DNA of 64,000 nucleotides. Source: Saccostrea cucullata. Taxonomy: Eukaryota. Every line of letters begins with the position of its first letter. Position 1 is the stretch's first letter. The stretch spans positions 1-64,000 of the forward strand of contig NW_026939229.1 in assembly GCF_032062105.1 (NCBI RefSeq), read 5' to 3'. Positions 13,762 to 27,600 of this stretch are shown piece by piece. A program made the position numbers and the translations under genes. The notes beneath the pieces are model-generated. The model worked only from the letters and a program-made list of their open reading frames with translations. It was not told the origin of the DNA and made no database searches.

Positions 13762-16059
13762 ACTTATATTTGCATTCTCTGATCTTTTTCAAGAATATCA
13801 GAGGAAATCCTGACTTACGTAAGGACGCCACTTTTTGGTCTTCAGTAAAGAAAAAGAATATGGCTTTAAAATCAGTACATCTGATCAATGCTCCTTTTCT
13901 GTAATAAATCACAAACAATTTTTAAAGTATTTCCCTCTCAAACACAGTTATCTGGATACAAGTAGCACCGTCATCACCTTCTTTTAATTCTTGTTTTGAT
14001 GCAGTTGTGACGTCATCGATCAACGACAACGTTATTGAAACTTTGTGACAAAAATCAATAATTTAACGCTATATGATGAAAAATGAGAATGCATCATAAT
14101 GATTATTTCTCAAGAATGCTTTTCTATGATTTTTTTTTAGTTTTTCTATTTATTTTTTAATAGCTGAAATCATTCTTGAAATAAATATACTAGTTAAAGA
14201 AATTTTCTCTTTCTGAATGTTATTACCCAAGTGTGAAGAGTTATCTTTCTTTGTATAAATATGCATGATACGAAAAAATAAAAATATGGCAGTTCTCTAC
14301 AATTTTAAAAAAAATTATCATACAGTTAAATACATTGACCAAAATTAAATTTTTAAAGATATAAATCAGCAATTTTAAACATTCTGAATTTCTTTTTTTT
14401 TCAAAGAATATTTAAAAAAAAAACTAATATTTATTCCTGTCACGAAACATTTCATATATATACTTCTCAACACGGTATATTAGTGTAGTAGAGCTTGCTC
14501 TACACGTGTGTGATAGAGCAATTGCACTCATAGCAGGAGCAGTTGCGTCTATAGTTTTATAAATTCTGTTAGTGTCTACATATTCATAGTGGGAGACAGC
14601 AGCGGATATGCAAATATAAACTTTTAGTACTCACTTTTTATAAAACAAAGATTTGCATATATTCAAAGATTTTTGAGTTTAATTTCTCTCCATTTTTACA
14701 TTTTCTAAATTATTTCCAATAAAAAAAAAAAATTAACATTGTAACAGTAGTTTAAGTCTCTCTAGAAACCAAATGTATGGTGGAATATTTCTGCCCTCTA
14801 CATTCAAGATAAATTATGTTAAAATGCAACATAATAATGTAGACATTCAACATATTTATGTCAATATGCAAGTTTATTATGCTGACATGCAATTTACCAA
14901 TCATTTAGAATATATAATTTAAAAATGGGTAAATTTACTTAAGAATGCCTGTATCTTACATTGCAGATGCAAGATGTAGCATAATTATGTTGACATAATT
15001 ATTCTGCATGTTGACATAAATAAATTTAAAATTTGAATCATAAAATATGAATAGATGCACAGTATAATCAATGTTCATATCAGTGAGCATACCATATGTG
15101 AATAAATAATATTTGAAATAAACTTTTATTTATGTACAAATTTTGAAAATGTATTATTTGTAAATATTAACTTAAAATATAATGATACTCTGCTTTCATT
15201 TTTACTGGAATGTGTTTTCTATATCACAACATACTTTAACTAACTTTCAATTATTTTTATATATTTTTATCTAAAATGCTAAAATCGCTTACTGGCATTT
15301 CTTATTTTATTTATATATTCATACAATGCTACAGTTTTTTACAGTAAATTTAAAACCCTGAAGCATCTTATTTACAAATAAAACAATTTTTATGCTTTCT
15401 CCTCAAAAATGAAACAAACCACCCACCCCCTCCTCTATAAAATACACATAATGTAACGAAATTAAAGTCAGGAATTAAAATCAAAATTTTACTTTGAGGA
15501 ATTTTCCAGCCTAACAATTTTAATAGTTCAAAATAAAAAAAACAAATTGAGTTTGAATTAACTGAAAATTGCAAAACATATGTTTTACCATAATTTTAAA
15601 GATGTGAGACTCGAATAAACAGAAGTACCCCTTATATCACCATTTACAATTCGTACATTTTTTATAAATGTTATAATAAAAATTATTTAAAAACTATTTC
15701 AAACACATTATTCTGATGCTAAATGATCTAAATTCATAGCTTTGTTAGAAATATTTTTGAAATGTGAATATTAGAAACTTCATTTACATAAGAAGTACAA
15801 TAAAGGAATTCAAAATTAATGCATAACGTCAGCTTTGTAGAAACAATTCTTATCAAATGCTGCTTTAAAAAAAAAGAATTTTAATATTTGTATGTTTACT
15901 GAATGTTTTAAAGGATATGCATATATTATTAATCCTGCTTTGTTCAGTAAAAACGTGTAAAATTGGCTAAAATTTAAAGTTAATACACGAATTTCCTAGC
16001 TATTCATTAATTACATGTATTTCCTAAAACAGCCAGTAAATACATGTATTTACTGAATG

Positions 16060-18131
16060 GTTTAGGAAATACATGAAATTCCTGATTTCACATATTTACT
16101 GTAACATATATACTCAGTAATTATCTTGCATGTTGATATAAATAAGTCTACAGGTACCATGTAAGCACCTGGGGAATCGCTTTCCATGACCCTCGTGAAC
16201 ATCAGTGATATGATTGAGGAAAGACAGCCATTTCTCAGAAACCAATTTGCCATCCCCTTCACCAGAACGGGACCAATCACCCACTTGCTTGTACTTCTTT
16301 TTCTTCCCAACATTCTATTTTTTTAATTATAAGTATATATAGCTATTCAGTTAAATAACTTCAATATGTAATAGCCAATGCGTTATGAATTGTATAAAAC
16401 AGCAGTTTATCATATATACAGAGCCTACGGCCATATGCCACACATAAAACCAATGGCTGATATCACTTCTTTCTTTTTTTATGTAAGCTTTAATCTGGGG
16501 ATGTCTATGAGTAACGAGGTCACTACTCTCTTGAAGCACCCTGTAAAACCCTCCATTTCCATCCACTTTGAATTTTGACTTCGTTGCTCCATAAAAATTT
16601 AATCAAGCATATATTGTTTTGAGAACTTTAAGCAAATTAACTAAATGCATCAACGGGAAAGAGTTAACCATTACATATTCAGTGCTGAATACTGACGTCA
16701 ATATTTCTACTTTTGGACAAGTATTATATGCATGCAAGTACAGTAAGGTAAAATGTAACAAACAGTGATATTGCACTCCACTTTTTGTTGTGTGTCCCGG
16801 TGAACAACATCAAGCATCTCCCAACAACTACCGCTACATTCTGTTTTCTTATTACATCAAATATTGCATATTGATTTGCTTTCCAAACCCTTTCAATAGC
16901 TTGTACATGTTGAATGTTGTGTGTTTGTACTAGGCTGAATCTCTGCCTGTATAAAGACATGCCTTCGTTTCTAAAATTTATGAAGTAAAATCAAAATTAG
17001 ACACTTGTGAAAATTATTATTTAATAAAAAAAATTATAACTTGATAAATTCAAATGTTCTAAAGTATGTTAATTAACTGGCAAATCAATACAAATGTGAC
17101 AAAGCTTACCACCAGCCCATCAGTAGTTTGTGAAGACATTTCAAAAGACATTGTGTCGCTTTGATAGCTGACTTCTGTGTTTAGAGTCTCTGGACTGTCC
17201 TGGGACTGGCTAGGAGGAGGAAGAATAATCTCTACATCTTCATAAAGGTTCAGAGCCTGTATAAGATTGCAAATATACTCAGTAATTAAAATTTACCATC
17301 GTGATTAATTTTTCAGAACATGTACTAGTAAATTGTAACGTTATACCGGTATATATGATTTATGCCGGTGTTGCATTTAAAGTTAATCACGCAATTTTAA
17401 GTACAATTTATGATGGACAAACCTACTTTTTATTAAACTTATTAAAATAATTATGGACACATTAAAATTTTTGTAAACCAATTTGTAAACGTTAAAATAC
17501 TTACTACAAGTGCACGTCTTTTCTCAAAAATATTCGAGGTCCGACCTTGTTTTGGTACATTTGAAACATCTACATCTGCTGTTTTCCTTTTATGGCTTTG
17601 AGTATTCAATGGACTGTAGTCGAACATGCAAGGTATGGCATCTTTTATTTAACCTGGAGTCGACTGTACCCCATGCATCGCGCTCTTGAAGGGTTAATAA
17701 CAAAACAGTCGGGGGCAAACGTCACTCGCATAGTTTTGAGTGTTTGGATGGCCAGTAATTAACAGTTTTGAGCTTTCTTACTCAAATATGGCATAATTTG
17801 TGATCGTTGGGGAAAGACAATATAGATACATGTCGGATATCACAGTTTGGCGCAGCACACAACACCATGGCCATACACTGTATTTTATTTTTTAATCTCC
17901 CATAGTCTGAATCATGACGTTTCAGGGTCGGTTGTTCCAATATGGCGGGTTCGTGTCAAGGGGCATAACTCGCACGGAATTTTTGGTCAGATTTCAGGTG
18001 TGAAATCTTTTACCGTAAATATTTCGGAAATACGTTCGGATATAACCAAATAAGTAATATAGTCTCCTTTATTTATTTGAAGTTAAATAGGGGTAAATCA
18101 AATGAAAGTGACAGATCTTTTTAGTTGACCT
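16060..18131 (-). mobile_element. Degenerate Kolobok-type DNA transposon (THAP domain plus intron-containing transposase)
   Basis: 17874-17620 reads MAMVLCAAPNC..SFPND..I*VRKL..WPSKHSKLCE..KDAIPCMF (THAP). 16566-16420 reads VTHRHPQIKAYIKKE..HWFYVWH. The terminus AGGTCAACTAAAAAGATCTGTCAC abuts TTAA at 18132. Confidence 0.65.
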
Positions 18132-18299
18132 TTAAATCTTAATGTAAAATGTACGTATTTCAGAAAAATTCTAGATGTTTGAATATATTACTTTAAGAAA
18201 TCATATTCTTTCCGGAAGCTGCACAAAGTCTTTATAAATTTTAAAGGCATTTGACTGCCTTTCTTTTAGAATACAGATATGAATTGATTTTATATTATA

Positions 18300-18825
18300 C
18301 AATGAAGCGCATTGAAGTGGTAAAATTTTCCGTTTGAACTAAACGTTCTGAGTCATGTTTTGAACGTCAATTACAACATAATGACACGCCCATATTTTTA
18401 GAAACGAGAAAGAAATATTCTTCGTAATGTTTTAGGACACCCCATTCTTCGCGACAAGCAATATGAGTTACACTGAAATGGAGCTTTAAAAGAATTAGAA
18501 TAGAGAGTTAAAGACTCTCCGCTTCTGTAAAACACAAATTGCAACGAAAATGTACATATTTTTGAACTTATCATGTCTATTGAAGTTACCACAAAACATG
18601 TTTCGGTCGAACACGTGTTTACTCGGTATTTATTTAGGCTGTAAATTTCATTGGCTATTATATTTATGGTAAACCTGTTCTACAGGTATTCGAAAAAAAA
18701 CAAATTGACCGTTTTATCCATTTCTAAAGAAATGGGCGTGTCATAAGATGACAATAAACGTTCTAAAGATAGCTCAAAACGTTCCATTCGAACGGAAAAT
18801 TTTACCACTTCAATGCGCTTCATTG
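18300..18825. mobile_element. Tc1/mariner-type MITE
   Basis: 35-bp TIR CAATGAAGCGCATTGAAGTGGTAAAATTTTCCGTT with TA on both sides. Confidence 0.85.
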
Positions 18826-19455
18826 TAATATAAACTAATACTTAGAAAATGGGTATTTATTGAATCACAAGAACCCCTCTAGAAATGTGTAGTCATTTTA
18901 AAATTATCTTTGGTCTACAAAACAGAACTGTAGTCAAGATCATTGCCAGATTTCCTCTCCAAATGTTTTTGAGGTTCGTGTTCGCTCCGCTCCTATTTTA
19001 ATTTGCTATTTTCAATGGATTTTTTAGCTCAAATACTTTTCGTTATCTTCACATATTTCACATATTATTCTATTTTTGAAAATTGCGTGTAGAACAAAAC
19101 ACAATATTCACTTTTTATTCATCCCCAGCTTCAAACCAGAGTTTAAAAAATCTTGAATTATCATTTATAGTTTGCAATATTTAGAATTACATACCTATTC
19201 AGTAAAAGAGAGACACGATATTATAAGCAATTAAAAAAAAATGTAATTTTGTTTTAAGTACTATCGATATTGCTTTTATAATACTATTTACAGACTTTTT
19301 CTTCGAAGATTCGTGATAAAGCGTCATTGGTGCAGGCTTTGAGCTCAATATTTATGAAATACCCTCTCAACAAAAAAAAACCACCTTTCTTTGATCCCTA
19401 AGATTATGACAATAAGTTCTTTCTGAACAATAAGCACACAATTTAAATACATTAC

Positions 19456-22400
19456 CCAGTCCTCCCTGCGGTGTAATCTTGAATCTTTTAGATGTTCTTT
19501 CAGAGGATGCAGAAGATGTGGTAGCTAAGATAGCACTAGCGGTAGTTTTCCTTTTTGCTGCCAGAAAAAGAAAAGATGATTTGTTTTAATTGACATGCTT
19601 TTAACGCCCATTCGAAAACAAAAAGAAAGACCAAATAATTTTCAAAACCATACAGAGGAACGGAAAAGGAACAATGGGAAAATAAATTTTATACCAATAA
19701 CAATTATTTGATTTAATTCATAACAGATATAGGGTCTCCACTTGTTAGTGTGAATGGATACGATTTTATCCAACAAATTGTGTATTTTCTGTCCGAGAGC
19801 TTTGGATAGAACATACACAGCTAGTTAGATAAAATTATACCCAACCACGAACAAAATGTTTTCCTACACTATTTTAGCAAACAACTTTCAACATTCATGT
19901 AGCACAATTGAAAATTTAATAATAAAAGCATAAGCCTTTCTTACAAACACTTACCAGTCTGTAAACTTATGTAATTCGATGCGTTGAAAAACTTCCCATT
20001 GAATCCATTAAATGCAGTACAGGTGTACGTCCCTGTATCAGTTTCCTGAAGATTGGTCAGAAAAAGTATCCCATTACTGGATGGCACCTCTGAGGCAATG
20101 CTATAGGGACTAGCCGTGAATGTTCATAAATACCTGTTGACCATCGTATTTGTGTGCATTCCTGGAGTTGGATTACCTTCAGCTTCACATGTCAAGGTAA
20201 CAGAGGACCAACATAACACTGGGAATCAGCACCAGTGTTCGGTAACTTCCTTATTATTGGAACATTGACTTTAACTGTAATTATATTCAGAAACACGCTC
20301 CTGGAAATGGTTATCATTACACCAAAGAATACAATGTTCATATTTATTCAATACTTACATGTAAAAGTGGTATTTTAAGTATATTGGTTTAACACACTGT
20401 ACATGTATATGCAAATATGACCTGAACGTGCAAGTTACATGTGACTTGACATGATTTCAATTGTTCTATAGATATAAATATATACTTACAATACACATTA
20501 ATCCTCTTAGATTTTTGGTAAGGTTTGTACTGGTCTGATATTGTCAATAATTTGTTGTCCACAAAACATCTCCACATCGACTGGTCGTCGTCTCTAGTCA
20601 TCCTGTATGTAATTGGGCTGGTCACGTTGTAGACGCACACGCCTCTCTTAAACTCTGAAATGGTGGTAGACACTCCCTTAATTTCCTGAGGAGCCATTAT
20701 ACCATTCCTGTAGCGCCACCACCTGATTTGTCCTGGAGGTTTTCCAACATTGGCTGTACAGGACAAGGTCACTTCAATGTTCTCTTCTATATTGTCTGGT
20801 ACAGGAACTGGAATTTGCTCAGCAGGTGCTATAAAGATTTGCAGATAATTATGTTGTGTAACAATTGTCATTTAGTTTTACTTGCAGCTAAGTGATTTTT
20901 TTCGTGGTTTATTCCATTAAAACTTTATTTCATACAATATTTTCAGTGTGTATACATATTATATATTCTATATCAGTACTCCAGTTAAAATAGAAATTCA
21001 TACCTCTAGTTGTGAGAGATGTTTCTTTTGTCTTAATGTTGAGACCTGCTTCAGTATTAAAAAATACAACAGAACATCTGTAGTTATTCTCATCTGAACA
21101 CACCACTCCTTTTAACCGCATTACAACAACGTATGAATTCGCTCTATTAGCTGTAACATTTAACAAATTCGATCGATTCTTATAAACAGCGGCAAAAGGA
21201 AAGTGTTCAAAGGAATTGAAACCACCCGAACCAGGAGGAGAAAAAGAGGCTATGTATGAAAACTCCTGTGGTCCCGGACCTGTTTTAACATGCCAAAAAA
21301 TAGCTCCTGGGTAGACTATATCACCGGAGTCTAGTGTATATGTACAGGTGAAGTCAACGGAGCCTCCAATAGTAGCTGTGAGAGAGGCTGCAGCGGAAAC
21401 TGTTCCGGCAATAGTGCCTATAACAAGAAAAAATGCATCTATGCAATGTTGAGAACAGACCTCGTCCTCTTATTAGTAATTTCCTTTGGTTACAATTTAC
21501 ATTATTGAAATCTGAATTCATTCAAAATATATGTCTGGCTACATTTTGAAATGTCAATGATGTTTTCATACTATGAAATCTACTAGTGTATACGAAAGCT
21601 GGACAGGCTCCTTAAATTACTGACAAAAAGATTGTAATTTCGAGTATGTACATATGTATCTTGTTTAAATGAGTTACTTATTCTGTTAAAACACATTAGT
21701 TTTATCCTTATAATTATATAAACATATAATTATTATCTCGTTTTAAAGGGGCATGAGCACAATTTCAGGTAAAATTTTGAAAATTTATTTTTTTTTTTTT
21801 TCATTTTTACGTATATTTAACTAGGGTCTTTCTAATTATCAACAAAAATTTAGTTGTCCAGATACAAGACAGATTGAGAGCTCCAAACTTTTTATGTAAA
21901 CAAGTTCTGTGTCATGTTTTGTCTACACAGGTTAATATTCTATTTCTGTGATCGTTCAAAGTAGATAATTTTCAAATACAAATTAATTTTAAATACGATT
22001 CGACAGTTACTGTTAATTTGCTGGATTTCATTTCTTTATAAAAACTATGTTTTCTATAGTTATGTAAACAAAAATAAGGCACGAACCTTTCGTTATATAA
22101 TGAAGAACTTAAAGTTCTGTATCTTCTTTGTTCATCAACAAATGATGTTCAATTTTTTTTGCTAATCAATAGATGATGCCTAAGGTAGGAATTGTAAACA
22201 TTAAAATTGTTTTTAAAAAATTCAGTTGAAACTGAAAGTGTCCATGCCCCTTTAAGAAGTTCACTATTAGTTTATAGTTTATTATAACGACTTAACCTCC
22301 TCGTCATAAAGAGTTGATTGTATCGTTATATAATGAGGTCACTATCTCACTCTATCGAGATACATGTATTTTTTTATAATGAGTTACATAACAGGGCATT

Positions 22401-22942
22401 TCTCTTCGATAAATCTACATTCGTGACCATTGAAATGAAAATTGCATACTTAAAATGATACCATAAATTGAGTGAACGAAACATTGCTGCAAATAAATCT
22501 GTCTTTCAATATATTTCGTTGCTCATGGAAATATTCTTGCAATATTTTGTATCAAAAAGTGTTATAATAATCATAAACTTAAAGAGGCTGGGTGGTCGTG
22601 ACCATTTTTAGACTATTTTGATCTCCTTTAGAAGAAGAGCTCCATATAAAGATATAATTAAATGATCAAATTTTAAAAATGAAAGTTGACAGCTCAGGAT
22701 ATCATATCTAAAAAAATAAGTTATATCTGGTGGTTAATTAAAAAAAATCTGTTGACCCCCAGCCTCCTTAAATCGTTATGAAAGGGCCCCTTCTTTATAC
22801 AAATTATGCAAGAAGTGAAAAAAAGTTTTAATTTTTTTTTTTTTTTTTTTTTTGCACAATTAGCAAACCTACCTTCAGGAAAAATACAAAGGTATAAACA
22901 GCCAGAATATAAAATAAATGTCACAAATTTGTCAGATTCCAT
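19456..22942 (-). pseudogene. Ig receptor paralogue B; open through two Ig domains, disrupted in domain 3 (pseudogene or truncated secreted form)
   Basis: Exons 22942-22873 (70 nt, same as gene A), 21417-21004 (414 nt, same as A), 20828-20490, 20274-19955 (320 nt vs 321 in A) and 19557-19456 (Ser/Thr stalk). A 1-nt deletion near 20207 gives TGA at 20194-20192, and the core Trp codon is TGA at 20126-20124. I found no TM exon downstream. Confidence 0.8.
21747..22251. mobile_element. Non-autonomous Kolobok-type element
   Basis: TIR AGGGGCATG..CAC with a TTAA duplication at 21743 and 22252. Confidence 0.75.
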
Positions 22943-23700
22943 TCCTTCAATTTTGTAAACACAAGGATGTACATTTTCCTATTTTTTATTATGAGAAAAA
23001 TCCTGGCTCATTGTCCAACGTCATGCAAATTAGTGGTGGTTTCGATTGGTGTTATTCAAAACCCCCTTATGAATGACCTAGTTATATTGTTTAACTGTAA
23101 CATATAGAAGGCCATGTCCAATTACAATAATAAATAAATGATGAATAGATCATGAAACATCAAAACAATTATAATATCGTTCCACCTCCTATTGTAGCTC
23201 AACATATGTAAAATGGTTGTTTCACTTTATATTTATATGCTAATGATTACATAACTTTTCAATCAAGTACATATTTTCTCGTACTTTCGATTAGTTGTTT
23301 TTCTAAGTGTCTAATACTATCTCTCTTTCTCCCTCTATCCTAACTATGTACATGTAGATCATATATCAGTTTTCAGAGAAATAAATTAAAACTATGAAAA
23401 CTTTAATTGGAGGTAATTTTTCATTGTTTTCGAGGAGAGACCCAAAAATTTATGACCACCACAAAGTGTAAAATTTAATATGCATTTTACTCAACACTAC
23501 TCTAACCACGAAATCAAATCCCTACATATCAATATTTTTTCTCAAAACTCGAAAAATTGGCCCGATGAAAACACGTAATTTTACAGTAATTATGTACTCT
23601 GCTACAAGATCTCTTTAAAAAAATGATATGTATTGAGTAAAGTTATGATACCTGTCATCATCTATCCGAAATTGATACGCAACGTTTATGTTCCTCAAAA

Positions 23701-24026
23701 TGATTGATTGATTGATTGATTGTACGTTGTTCTTGCTCTTGTACGTCCCATTTGAGAATGTTCAGTCATATAGAGACTTCAGCATATACCGATGAAGGGG
23801 TTCAAATTTTGACCTTTACTCGGTACTCAGGCTATTGAGCAATGAGGAATCTGTATTGCACCAACGCCTGACGTCGCACGGGGCCTCGGTTTTTAAGGTA
23901 TCATCTAAAGGATCTGCAACTTTTTATTCAAAGTTCCGAGTGCATGGCAAAGGAACAGTATGAAAAATGGTCAGTCTTGGCCGAGTTTCAAACTCACGAC
24001 CTTCCGATCAGGGAGCTAACGCTTTC
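23701..24026 (-). mobile_element. Second, diverged copy of the same SINE family
   Basis: (TGAT)n tail at 23701, and the body is reverse-complement similar to 41552-41914. Confidence 0.75.
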
Positions 24027-25959
24027 TTATAATTCTTTCCTTTTTTTTCGAATACAAATTTATTGAACATAAAAAAAATCATACAATGTTCTTAGTAAGA
24101 ATAATCATAAGATTTCCAAGGGTTTTAAACAAATTGTGAATGATGGAAATTCTGCTTTAATATAAAGGAAAGCTAACAAAACATAATTTGAGCTGATGTT
24201 TACCCACCATGTCAATCAGATAATATGAGACGGCAAACTGTTTTCAGTTCTCAGCGCTTTTAGTATATAAAATGAACAGATGATGCCTTTTCTAGACATG
24301 AATTAATTGTCCACAATATACTATTTCCCGGAAATATAAATTTCAATGTTTCTTCAATTTTTAGTTTCGAAACAAAAATGGTTTCGCTACCTGATAATTT
24401 CGATCTTCCATCTTCTCTGATGAAACATAATTGCGACTTTCTTTATCGTTAGTATCTGTTAAAAAGATGCTGAGATAATAAATCTGGTCGACCGGTCTTT
24501 TTGCTGACAAATAATGTTTCGATGGCTGAATTAACGCTTTGGAGTATGGACTTGCTGGATGTCTTTTGCCAGTTGAACATGCATGTACTTCGAATGGATG
24601 TCTGTAGCACACTTCTCAATTATCTTTTTTTTCTCTCGAGTATTATAGCGAAGATGTCGAGTGCTCAAAGTGGTTAAGAACCTGTAAATTTACTATATGA
24701 ACTGACAAATGGTGACTATACATGTAATTTCAACCTGATATACATTGTACATGAATTCCAGCAATTTTATTAGTCCTTTTAAGCCCAACAGGCAATTAAC
24801 AGCATGCTAAGTCTTCATAGGATTGTGATAGAAACCTCATAAGACGTAAACGTTTTGGATATGTTTGGACAATTGTTTCTTTAAAGAATAACTTACCAGT
24901 ATTTTTCGATTTCATGATGCGATCAATCGATTGGCTTTCGTGATAATTTTCATAATTAAGGCGTTTATGCATAAAATTATCACGCAAGCCAATCAATTGA
25001 TCATCGTCATGAAATCGAAAAATCTTACAGTTATTCATTATATTTACATACTCTTGATTCCGCCAATCCACGTGCTACAAGCCACGCTTCTGTCTAGCTA
25101 TTTGTCCCACCCTTTTTTAACCGCGCCTATTGATGAAACAGTACAATTGTTCCTATGTAGAAATAAAGTACATTAACTTTTTGTAATTTTATCTCGACAA
25201 TTTTTGTAGATTCTCGTATTCTATAGAATGATCCTTGAGTGTTTAAGCAACATTTCATAAGATTGTCATGCTCCACATATATATCCTGAAATCTGTTGAC
25301 AAGTACTTTGTATCTTTGAGTATTTATCTTTGCTCTCTGAATGAAATTATGTTTCATCATCAAAGAGCAGCAGCGTATGTAGATCTCTAAGTTCCTGTAA
25401 TACGTAAATCCGGAATTTTTTTACCTCGATTTGTTTTTGCAAACCTCGGACAAAATCTGTTGAATAATTTAACCTAACTTTTTACGTGTATAAATATGCG
25501 CAAATATCAACTGGTGTAAATTGGCACTCATACAGGATGCAAATTGTATGTAAATTTACTCCAAGTGCATTTTTCAGCATGTATTGTCATGTGACAGTTA
25601 CTTGTGAGTAAAATAAATAAATTGTTGTGTTTTATCATATCATGTTTTATATTTTTTTTTACTAAACCAAATTTAGTAAGACATATACAGAGCCAATACT
25701 TGCTGCTTATTTAAATAATTTACAAACCATGAGCATATTTCATTCAATACAAGAAGTACATATATTTATGTACAAAACATGAAGCACTGTTTACCAAATT
25801 GAAATCAAAACCACAGAGAGTCTCAGCAGTACAGTATTGTGGTTTTAGAGAAAAGTGTGGCGAAATTAATAATTGTGATCATACTGTTTCAATTGAAAGA
25901 ACGAAAATTGGGATATTTCCATCATATCTTTATCTGCAATATTTATTAACCCCCCTTTA

Positions 25960-27600
25960 AAGATGGTAATAAAATGGATGTATCACTAAGACCAGACTCT
26001 AGGAAAGACTTCCAGAATCGAACGAAGCAGTAGACGGGACACGCCCATTCTGTAATAAACTGTTGCAAAAGAAATCCACGTGTACTCCTCATTAAGATAT
26101 TAACAGTAGTGAAGGAAAAACTTCAAGAGTGCTGTGCAACCATTTATTCAAGAAGTGGTGTGAATCAGATGTGAATACTAAAAAATTCATGAGAACTTTT
26201 CGACAATTTGAAATCACAAGATTTTACCAAAATTAACAGCTTAAAAACTTACGACTTTTCAACTTTATACACAACCATTCCCCACAATAAATTAAAATCC
26301 AGCAGGCGTTTTGATATCGTTGACAGATGCTTTTTCTATAAAATTGGAACTCCTAAATTTACTTACCTGGTCGTTGGTCATTTGCAAAATTATTTTGTTA
26401 AAAAAGAGTTTGATTGCACACACAAGTACTCTGAAGTTGACATCAAGAAGATACTTGAGTTTCTGATTTACAATATCTATGTGGTTTTGGAGACCAGGTC
26501 TTCCAATAATCTATTGGAATTTCCATGGGGACCAAATGCACTCCGTTATTAGCAGACCTATTTTTGTATTCATATAAAGCAGAATTTATGCAAAATTTTA
26601 TGCGTGAAACGAAGAAAACACTTGCTGTGGCCTTCAATCCGACATTTAGATATATCGACGACGTATTGTTAATTAACAATGGTAATTCCATTCAAACGTT
26701 GACACGATATATCCATGAGTGCTTGAGATAAAAGATACCACAAAGTCTGACACATCTCTTTCATACTTGGACATTTACTTTAAAAAGACGTTAATGGTAA
26801 CCTAACAACCAAGTTATACGATAAACGTGACGAATTTAACTTTTCTATCGTCAACTTCCCTTACTTATGCAGCAATATACCTTCATCACCTGCATACGGA
26901 GTGTAAATATCTCAGTTGATTCGATACGCAAGAGCATGTTCTACGTATGAATAATTTCTGAAATGAGGTAACTTATTGACAAGCAAGTCGATGAAACAAG
27001 AATATCAGCAGTCTCGTTTAAAGTCATCATTTCGTAAGTTTTATGGTCGATACAATGACCTTGTCAGCAAATACAATTTATCATTTAGTCATATGCTGAC
27101 TGACGTTTTTTCATACCAATTGTTAGTCCATTATTTATACAATGATTTGACGATAGATTTTTTCCGTTATATTATGATCATGACAATGAGCACACGGCGG
27201 TTGTGATCGGTCAGCAGGGGGTGCTCACTTCTCCATGGCACCTTATCCCACCTCTGATGTTTCGGAGGTCCGTGTTTGCTCTGCTCTTGCTTTTTATTGT
27301 TTTATGGACTTTGAGATTGAATACTGTTCGTTATCTCCTTAACCCACTACTTTTCAATACATGTAAACGTGTTGTTTTGTAAAATTAAAAAAATGAATCA
27401 TACTCCATGATAAACACAATGAAGGAGATATTTTAAACACTTCAAAATGCAAGTCGGTAAACCGTTTAAGCAACCACTTGGCGTGCCCTAATTGCATAAT
27501 CCGGAATTCTATATTTATTTTTAAAAGTGATATGAACACTTAGTTGTTCAAGTGATTCTTTCTTGTTATTAAGTTACCTCAGAAATATTTTGAGAAGTCA
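25960..27600 (-). pseudogene. cGLR paralogue A, old relic split by a Penelope-like element
   Basis: 25960-26084 reads TRGFLLQQ/YYRMGVSRLLL..LESGLS (copy D: TRGSLLQQLYEYYRIGLSCLLL..LEPALS). 27341-27600 aligns at DNA level with 55830-56070 (FRIMQLGHAKW vs FWMMQFGNAKW in copy B). The two halves are contiguous in copy D. Confidence 0.75.
26085..27340 (+). mobile_element. 5'-truncated Penelope-like RT element with no C-terminal endonuclease (Naiad-like), inserted in cGLR relic A
   Basis: KTYDFSTLYTTIPH, MGT..PLLADLFLYSY, FRYIDDVL, LYDKRDEFNFSIVNFPYLCSNIP and RLKSSFRKFYGRY, with stops and frameshifts. Smaller related fragments lie near 32290-32580 and 36050-36230. Confidence 0.85.
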
